This document shows, piece after piece, positions 26,378 to 32,000 of a stretch of 32,000 nucleotides of DNA. Where the stretch lies: NCBI RefSeq assembly GCF_004102945.1, contig NZ_CP019384.1, forward strand, positions 1,320,001 through 1,352,000. The letters run 5' to 3'. Under the pieces are notes generated by a model that made no database searches, was not told the DNA's origin, and saw only the letters and a list, made by a program, of their open reading frames with translations. Within the stretch, counting starts at the first letter, position 1, and each line of letters opens with the position of its first letter. The position numbers and the translations under genes were made by a program. The DNA comes from Candidatus Velamenicoccus archaeovorus. GTDB lineage: Bacteria > Omnitrophota > Gorgyraeia > Velamenicoccales > Velamenicoccaceae.

Positions 26378-26405
26378 ATTATACTACACGCGTCTGTCAA
26401 CACAA
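26378..26405 (-). promoter_or_regulatory. Sigma-70-like promoter for the AdoMetDC-like gene
   Basis: Minus strand reads TTGTGT-N16-TATAAT, with a perfect -10 at plus 26378-26383. This predicts a leader of about 190 nt. Confidence 0.45.
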
Positions 26406-26429
26406 GATATCTTTAAAAAAATATTCCCC

Positions 26430-27677
26430 CTATTTCACCCTTTCGCTCGACGGCAAGAGCGCCGGATGCTCCTCGACTACGGTCGGCAGGCCCATCGGGC
26501 CCAATAATTCGATGAACGGGTCCGGATCCAGCTCTTCGACATTCACCATCGTCTTCGGATCCCAGATGCCCCGGGCGATCAGGATCGCGGCGGCCACCGG
26601 AGGCACACCCGCCGTATAAGAAATCGCCTGAGATTCGACTTCCTTGTAGCAGACGGCATGATCGCAGATGTTATAAATAAATATTTCCCTGCGCTTGCCG
26701 TTTTTGGTGCCTTTGACGTAATTCCCGATACAGGTCTTCCCCGTATAGTTCGGGGCCAGAGACGACGGATCCGGCAAAATGGCCTTGAGGACCTTTAACG
26801 GCACGACCTCAACGCCCTCGGCGGTCCTGACGGGCTTCTCGGACGTCAACCCCAGGTTGGTCAACACCGTAAAGACATTGATATAGTGGTCGCCGAACCC
26901 CATCCAGAAACGGATGGAATCGGCATCGATGTTCTTCGACAAGGAATGCAATTCATCGTGGCCGTTCAGATAGACCGGCATCTTGCCGACCACGGGAAAA
27001 TCATAGACCATCTTGACGGCATGGACCTTTTCACAGACCCACTTGCGGTCGATCCACGTCCAGACCTTTTTGAACTCCCTGAAGTTGATCTCCGGATCGA
27101 AGTTCGTCGCAAAATACTTGCCGTGGCTGCCGGCATTCACGTCAAGGATGTCGATCGTATCGATCTTATCGAAATAATGCTTCGCGGCCAGGGCGCAATA
27201 GGCGTTGACCACGCCGGGATCGAACCCTGCGCCGAGGATGGCCGTGATGCCGTGTTCCTTGCAGCGGTCTTTGCGTTTCCATTCATAGTTGGCGTACCAC
27301 GGCGGGTCTTCGCAGACCTTGTTCGGATCTTCATGGATCGCCGTATCCATGTAAGCGACTCCGGCCTGGATACAAGCCTCCAGAAGAGACATGTTGACGT
27401 AAGCCTGGGCCAGGTTGATGACGATCTGTGAATCCGTCTCCCTGATCAACTTGACTGTCGAGGGGACATCCAAGGCGTCGATCCTGCGGGAATAAATCTT
27501 CTTCGACTTATCCTTGAGGTGACTTTTTCTATTGACGCTCTCGATGATGGCCTCGCACTTGCCCTGGGTCCTCGACGCGATGCAGATGTCGCCCAGAACG
27601 TCATTGTGCTCGGCGCACTTATGCGCCGCCACATGAGCCACGCCGCCGGCCCCGACGATCAAAACATTTTTCTTCAT
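26430..27677 (-). CDS. Carboxy(nor)spermidine dehydrogenase/synthase (CASDH/CANSDH; saccharopine dehydrogenase family)
   Basis: Track ORF 26430..28238. Its first 187 codons overlap nspC out of frame and are Arg/Gly-rich junk. The real start is the ATG at 27677 (MKKNVLIVGAGGVAHVAAHKCA..), preceded by GAAGGAGG. Resembles my recollection of Vibrio CANSDH along its length (..GAGFDPGVVNAY..DVNAG.HGK.FATNFDPE..QAISYT.GVP). Confidence 0.9.
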   Translation of the reverse strand: MKKNVLIVGAGGVAHVAAHKCAEHNDVLGDICIASRTQGKCEAIIESVNRKSHLKDKSKKIYSRRIDALDVPSTVKLIRETDSQIVINLAQAYVNMSLLEACIQAGVAYMDTAIHEDPNKVCEDPPWYANYEWKRKDRCKEHGITAILGAGFDPGVVNAYCALAAKHYFDKIDTIDILDVNAGSHGKYFATNFDPEINFREFKKVWTWIDRKWVCEKVHAVKMVYDFPVVGKMPVYLNGHDELHSLSKNIDADSIRFWMGFGDHYINVFTVLTNLGLTSEKPVRTAEGVEVVPLKVLKAILPDPSSLAPNYTGKTCIGNYVKGTKNGKRREIFIYNICDHAVCYKEVESQAISYTAGVPPVAAAILIARGIWDPKTMVNVEELDPDPFIELLGPMGLPTVVEEHPALLPSSERVK

Positions 27678-27712
27678 ATGAGCGGCCTCCTTCTCTCTCT
27701 TGGATAAGCTCC

Positions 27713-28816
27713 CTACGACAGGCTGCTGACAAAATCCCCGTAGGAAAAACGGCGCACCACATCCAGCGACCCGCCAAGCCTTCTGACGACGATCGACGGC
27801 ATCTGAAGGCCGTTGAACCAGTTCTTCTTGACCATCGTATAGCCGGCGGCGTCCAGAAACCTGATCTCGCTGCCGACCTTGAGCCGCCGGCCCAGGCGAT
27901 AGGTCCCGAAGATGTCTCCCGCCAGACATGAGCGGCCGGCGATCATATAGGTAAAACGCCCTCTCCGCTTTTCCTGGAGCTTGGCGTTCTGGCGGTAAAT
28001 GAGCAGGTCCAGCATATGGGCCTCGGTGGATGCATCCACGATCGCAATGTCCATCCCGTTGCGGACGATATCGACGACCCGCGTCACCAGCTGCGCCGCC
28101 TGCGTGACGGCGGATTCCCCGGGCTCCAGATAAACCTGGATGCCGAAGGCGCGGCTGAAGGCCTCCAATGTTCTGCAAAACTTTGCGACCGGATACCCCT
28201 TCTTGGTAAAATAAAGTCCTCCGCCGAGACTGACCCACTTCAGCCGCCCCAGCACATCTCCGTAAGCGCGGCCGATATGCTCGAGGTGCCGCGCAAAATG
28301 ACCGAAATCATCGTTCTCGCAATTGTAATGGAACATGACGCCGCTGAGACGCGGCAGAGCTTTTTTCAAGGCCGCCCTGTCCGTCACGCCGAGCCGCGAA
28401 TATTTCCTCGCCGGATTCGCAAGGTCGAAATGGGAAAAACTGATGCCGGGGTTCACTCTGACGCCGACCGCACAACTTCCCGCCAGGCCGCTGAACGCCT
28501 CAAGCTGGGAAAGAGAATTAAAAATAATCTTGTCCGAAAAAGCGGCGACCTGGCGGACATCCTCCCTGGAGAAACCGACGCAATAGGCGTGGACCTCCTT
28601 GCCGAATTTTTCATGGCCGAGGCGCGCTTCGTAGACCGAGCTGGAGGTCGTTCCGTCCATATAGCGCTTCATGAGGTCGAAGACGGACCATGCGGCAAAG
28701 CATTTCAACGCCAAGACGGACTTGGCCCCGGACGTCTCCCGGATATGCCGGATAATCCTCAAATTCCCCAGCAGCTTCTTCTCATCGATCAAGTAATAGG
28801 GTGTTTTCAAAATCAT
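27713..28816 (-). CDS. nspC: Carboxy(nor)spermidine decarboxylase
   Basis: MILKTPYYLIDEKKLLGNL.. is a typical NspC N-terminus, in an alanine-racemase-fold PLP decarboxylase. An in-frame upstream ATG at 28861 would add 15 residues. Start unresolved. Confidence 0.9.
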   Translation of the reverse strand: MILKTPYYLIDEKKLLGNLRIIRHIRETSGAKSVLALKCFAAWSVFDLMKRYMDGTTSSSVYEARLGHEKFGKEVHAYCVGFSREDVRQVAAFSDKIIFNSLSQLEAFSGLAGSCAVGVRVNPGISFSHFDLANPARKYSRLGVTDRAALKKALPRLSGVMFHYNCENDDFGHFARHLEHIGRAYGDVLGRLKWVSLGGGLYFTKKGYPVAKFCRTLEAFSRAFGIQVYLEPGESAVTQAAQLVTRVVDIVRNGMDIAIVDASTEAHMLDLLIYRQNAKLQEKRRGRFTYMIAGRSCLAGDIFGTYRLGRRLKVGSEIRFLDAAGYTMVKKNWFNGLQMPSIVVRRLGGSLDVVRRFSYGDFVSSLS

Positions 28817-28965
28817 TTTAAAAAGACCGCAAAAAAATAAGCCTGACCCGGCCCATGACATCCTCCCTTGCCGCGGTCAAGCCCCTGAATATACCGAATG
28901 TCTCTCTTGCTGTTTTCCATTTCCTCTATCAAAGCCTCCTTCGACCACTTTCGTCGGAAAAACCT

Positions 28966-29001
28966 GAACCCCGCCAGAAACAGCTCTTTCTGACGGGGTT
29001 C
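28966..29001 (-). terminator. REP-like hairpin, copy 2; likely hcp terminator
   Basis: GAACCCCGCCAGAAA / TTTCTGACGGGGTTC form a 15-bp stem. One plus-strand C.A becomes G.U on the minus strand. Followed on the minus strand by AGGUUUUUCC. Shares CCCCGCCAGAAA..TTTCT.ACGGGGTTCG with 3832-3866. Confidence 0.55.
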
Positions 29002-29101
29002 GGCCTTATGGGTGTTATCTTATATGAAATTATTTTACGAATCAAGAAAATTCTTTGAATTTCCCTGATTTTTCAGCCCGACAGGGCGCCCGGCAGGGCG
29101 G

Positions 29102-30394
29102 CTATGAACCCAACATGGCCTTCATATCATCCTCGGGTGTCGTGATCAGCTTCAGGTCGAATTTTTCCTGAAGGATTTTAAAAACTCCCGGCGTAAGAAA
29201 AGCGGGTGGCGTCGGCCCGATGCGCATGCCTTGGATGCCGAGAGACAATAAAGTCAAAAGGATGGCCACCGCCTTTTGTTCAAACCAGGACAAAACGATC
29301 GACAACGGCAGCTCGTTGACAGGAAGCCCGAAAGCCTTGCTTAAAGCGAGGGCGATCTGGATGACGGAATAGGCATCATTACACTGGCCGACGTCGATGA
29401 GACGCGGGATGCCGTCGATCGCGCCGAATTCCATCTTGTTAAAACGGTATTTGCCGCAGGCCACGGTCAGGATCCCGCAGTCTTTGGGAACGAGCTCCGC
29501 CAGGCGCGTATAATAATTCCTCCCTGGCTTGGCGCCGTCGCAGCCGCCGATCACAAAGAAACGACGGATCCTGCCGGCCTTGACCGCCGCCGCGATCTTA
29601 TCCAAAAGACCGAGCACCGCCGTGTAGTGAAATCCTGTCGCGATTTTTTTGCCCGGCGCCTCCGGCAACGAAGGAAGTTCCCGCGCTGCGGCGATGACCG
29701 CCGAAAAATCACGTCCCTGGATATGCCTCACCCCTTCCACGCCTGCGATGCCGGTCGTAAAGAGCCGACGGCGGTAAGAATCCTTGGGAATCATGACACA
29801 GTTGGTCGTCACGAGGATCGCCCCTGGAAATGCGTCAAAATCCTTCCTCTGCTCCTGCCAGGCGTTGCCGTAATTGCCGACGAGGTGTTTGAACTTGCGC
29901 AGTTCCGGATAACCGTGGGCCGGCAGCATTTCGCCGTGCGTATAGATATAAATGCCCTGGCCTTCCGTCTGTTTCAAAAGCTCGTAAAGGTCCAGGAGGT
30001 CGTGCCCCGTCACAAGGATCCCCTTGCCTGCCTTCGTTCCCGTTTCAACCTCGGCAGGACGGGGTTCGCCGAAACGCTTGACGTGCGCCTGATTCAATAA
30101 CTCCATCACGCGCAGATTCATCCGGCCGCAGGTCAAAACCAAAGACAGGAATCGCTCGACATCGAAATCGACATTGGTCAACGTCGCGAACATGGCCTCG
30201 TGCATAAAAGCGTCTATCTCGTCGTCTTTGGCTCCCAGCTCGCGGGCATGGTAGGCGTAGGCGCCGATGCCCTTTAAACCGAAAATCAAGGTATCCTGCA
30301 AAGATGCAATGTCCTCATTCTTGCCGCAGACACCTTTAACCGTGCACCCCGTCCCGCCGGCTGTTTGTTCACACTGATAACAAAACATACTCAT
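29102..30394 (-). CDS. hcp: Hybrid cluster protein / hydroxylamine reductase (short form)
   Basis: N-terminal CYQCEQT..C..C cluster motif and Hcp-family sequence throughout. Start set at the ATG at 30394 (MSMFCYQCEQ), preceded by AGGAGGGG. Confidence 0.9.
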   Translation of the reverse strand: MSMFCYQCEQTAGGTGCTVKGVCGKNEDIASLQDTLIFGLKGIGAYAYHARELGAKDDEIDAFMHEAMFATLTNVDFDVERFLSLVLTCGRMNLRVMELLNQAHVKRFGEPRPAEVETGTKAGKGILVTGHDLLDLYELLKQTEGQGIYIYTHGEMLPAHGYPELRKFKHLVGNYGNAWQEQRKDFDAFPGAILVTTNCVMIPKDSYRRRLFTTGIAGVEGVRHIQGRDFSAVIAAARELPSLPEAPGKKIATGFHYTAVLGLLDKIAAAVKAGRIRRFFVIGGCDGAKPGRNYYTRLAELVPKDCGILTVACGKYRFNKMEFGAIDGIPRLIDVGQCNDAYSVIQIALALSKAFGLPVNELPLSIVLSWFEQKAVAILLTLLSLGIQGMRIGPTPPAFLTPGVFKILQEKFDLKLITTPEDDMKAMLGS

Positions 30395-30444
30395 GGCCTC
30401 ACCCCTCCTGTTTAACCGCACCTCCGCCGGACACCGATGATTTT

Positions 30445-31221
30445 TTAGAAAATGCGGCGGCTATCGATATTGTCTTTCATCTCTCCTTCAATGCCCACAA
30501 CAACATCCTCAACCGGTATATGGGCCCCTGCGCGGTCCATGGCCTCAGCCACGACCATCTTGAGACCCGAGCAGCACGGAACCTCCATGTGGACGATCGT
30601 TAAAGACCGTATCTCGTTCTTCCGGAATATGAGCGCCAGTTTCTCGACATAAGCCTGCGCATCGTCCAGTTTGGGACAGGCGACCAGAAGGATTTTTCCA
30701 AAAAGCAGGCTGCCGTGGAAATCCGGACAGCTGAACCCCGCGCAATCGGCCGCAAGCAGGATATCGGCGCCCCGCAGATAAGGCGCATTGACGGGGACAA
30801 GCGCCAGCTGCACCGGCCAATTTGCCAGCGCCGAAGCAGCCTTTTCTTTTGCCCCACCGCCTGCCGCCGGGGCCTCTTTCTGCCGCAGGCGGCCTTTCAA
30901 ATCGATAGCCCGGCTGGCCGGACAACCGTCAACAGCCTTTTGGGAGGCATCCGCACCACAAGCACAGCCTGCTTCCTGCGCCGCTGCCGGCTGTTCCTCA
31001 AGGGCTTCTGGTGGACGTTCAACCAAGCGGATGGCCCCTTGAGGACAATGGCCGAGACACGCGCCGAGGCCGTCGCAATAACGATCATTTACCAGTTTTA
31101 CCTTGCCGTTGACAAGCCTTAACGCCCCTTCGCGGCAATTCGGAATGCATCGGCCGCAGCCGTTGCACTTCTCTTCGTCGATCTCGATGATCTTCCTGAT
31201 TGTCCGTATCGCTGATCTCAT
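30445..31221 (-). CDS. 4Fe-4S dicluster-domain protein (hcp-associated ferredoxin-like protein)
   Basis: CNGCGRCIPNC and CDGLGACLGHCP motifs, plus a conserved C-terminal domain (NWPVQLALVP..LLAADC..VACPKLDD..). Start moved from 31251 to the ATG at 31221, which has AAGGAG 8 nt upstream. The first ATG lies inside the predicted -10. Confidence 0.8.
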   Translation of the reverse strand: MRSAIRTIRKIIEIDEEKCNGCGRCIPNCREGALRLVNGKVKLVNDRYCDGLGACLGHCPQGAIRLVERPPEALEEQPAAAQEAGCACGADASQKAVDGCPASRAIDLKGRLRQKEAPAAGGGAKEKAASALANWPVQLALVPVNAPYLRGADILLAADCAGFSCPDFHGSLLFGKILLVACPKLDDAQAYVEKLALIFRKNEIRSLTIVHMEVPCCSGLKMVVAEAMDRAGAHIPVEDVVVGIEGEMKDNIDSRRIF

Positions 31222-31246
31222 GGCCTCTTCTCCTTTCCAGGAAACA

Positions 31247-31288
31247 AGCATAACGCAGGAAGAAAAAAACGTCCTTGACTCAAGTCAA
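31247..31288 (-). promoter_or_regulatory. Crp/Fnr-type operator TTGACTCAAGTCAA with class II promoter geometry
   Basis: Perfect palindrome TTGAC-N4-GTCAA at 31275-31288. Exactly 22 nt downstream on the minus strand lies TATGCT (31247-31252), consistent with a site centred near -41.5. Confidence 0.6.
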
Positions 31289-31316
31289 GTTTTCAAAATA
31301 TGAAAATAGGGGATGC

Positions 31317-32000
31317 TCAAAGCGGTTCGCCGCTGCTCAAGCGTTCGAGTTTGGATCGGTCCAGGAGGCGGACATGTTTTTTGCGGAGTTGGAGGATGCG
31401 GCGGAGGGACATCTTGCGGGCAATGCGGGAAAAGGTCTCGGGAACGATCCCAAGCCTGGCGGCCAGCTCATTCTTCCTGATATCCAGTTCAAACTGGTCA
31501 CTGTTACGCTGGACAGCCGTATCCAGAAAATATTTAGCCATCCGGGACGAAGCGCTTTTAAGGGACAACTCCTCGATGAGACTGTTGAAAAAACGGAGCT
31601 TCTCGCTCAAGGAAGCCAAGACAGACAGGGAAAGATCAAAATGCCTTCTCATCAAATCCAAAAACTGTCTCTTGGGAACATACAATAACTCGCTGTCCGT
31701 CAACGTTTCGGCAAAGGCCGGATATCTTTCAATCCCGCCGACAAGGACCGCTTCGGCGACGGAGCCGCCTTCGGAGATGACATGAAGGATCCTCTCTTCA
31801 CCGGAGACGGAAAGTTTATAGACCTTGACCCTGCCGTTGAGGACGACGAAGAATCCGGCGGCAGGCTCCCCTTCACGGAAGACCGTCTCGCCGGCGGCAA
31901 ACTTGCGCCGAATGGAAAAATTCCTGATGGCGCCCAGATAACGGGGGTCGATGCGGCAAAATAAAAAACATCTGTGGAGAGAAAGGCTATGAGATACGGC
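31317..32000 (-). CDS. Crp/Fnr-family transcriptional regulator (HcpR-like); 5' end lies beyond the right window edge
   Basis: The track shows only 31317..31703 (TTG-trimmed). The same frame is open to position 32000 and encodes a cNMP-binding-like domain (..RKFAAGETVFREGEPAAGFFVVLNGRVKVYKLSVSGEERILHV..), followed by the HTH (ELAARLGIVPETFSRIARKM). Confidence 0.85.
   Translation of the reverse strand, partial: AVSHSLSLHRCFLFCRIDPRYLGAIRNFSIRRKFAAGETVFREGEPAAGFFVVLNGRVKVYKLSVSGEERILHVISEGGSVAEAVLVGGIERYPAFAETLTDSELLYVPKRQFLDLMRRHFDLSLSVLASLSEKLRFFNSLIEELSLKSASSRMAKYFLDTAVQRNSDQFELDIRKNELAARLGIVPETFSRIARKMSLRRILQLRKKHVRLLDRSKLERLSSGEPL

Noticed and set aside
26378-26400. Perfect TTGACA (26395-26400, minus strand) upstream of the perfect TATAAT (26378-26383) as a consensus promoter.
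   Set aside because: The spacer is only 11 nt, which is incompatible with sigma-70 geometry. The overlapping TTGTGT at 16-nt spacing is the usable -35, so promoter strength is less certain than the two consensus hexamers suggest.
27678-28238. N-terminal extensions in track ORFs: the first 187 codons of 26430..28238; 10565..10756 of the ispF ORF; 1827..1943 of the mtnA ORF; 14100..14132 of radA; 15936..15968 of mlaF.
   Set aside because: The extensions overlap the upstream gene or intergenic hairpins, are compositionally aberrant, and precede internal Met codons where family-typical N-termini (and in several cases good SD sequences) begin.

Overview
This window holds about 31 protein-coding genes, all on the minus strand and tightly packed, with many 1-49 nt start/stop overlaps. 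Coding DNA looks GC-rich and most intergenic DNA AT-rich (by eye, not computed). Almost everything is housekeeping. Reading the minus strand 5'->3', from high to low coordinates: a Crp/Fnr regulator, a 4Fe-4S protein and hcp; nspC, CASDH and an AdoMetDC-like gene (polyamine cluster); lysS; lolC/E and lolD; ilvE; mcsA, mcsB and clpC; mlaE, mlaF and mlaD; radA; yacL; a ~300-nt GC-rich non-coding gap; ispD and ispF; cysE and cysS; tmk; holB; ricT (yaaT); metG; tatD; a DUF362-ferredoxin gene; mtnA; thiL. The order lysS...mcsA-mcsB-clpC...radA-yacL-ispD-ispF-cysE-cysS, and tmk-holB-yaaT...metG-tatD, is collinear with the origin-proximal Bacillus subtilis chromosome. It is interrupted by diderm envelope genes (lolCD, mlaEFD). 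I see no rRNA, tRNA, CRISPR array, transposase, integrase or recognisable defence island, and I cannot honestly point to a novel multi-gene protein system. The features worth a second look are mostly non-coding: (1) an unassigned ~300-nt structured-RNA candidate between yacL and ispD; (2) a long leader with a terminator/antiterminator-like nested palindrome in front of an AdoMetDC homolog that sits beside AdoMet-independent spermidine genes; (3) a perfect TTGAC-N4-GTCAA Crp/Fnr box in front of the Fe-S/hcp operon; (4) several short repeated intergenic elements that fold better on the transcribed strand. All plus-strand ORFs in the track look like antisense shadow ORFs.
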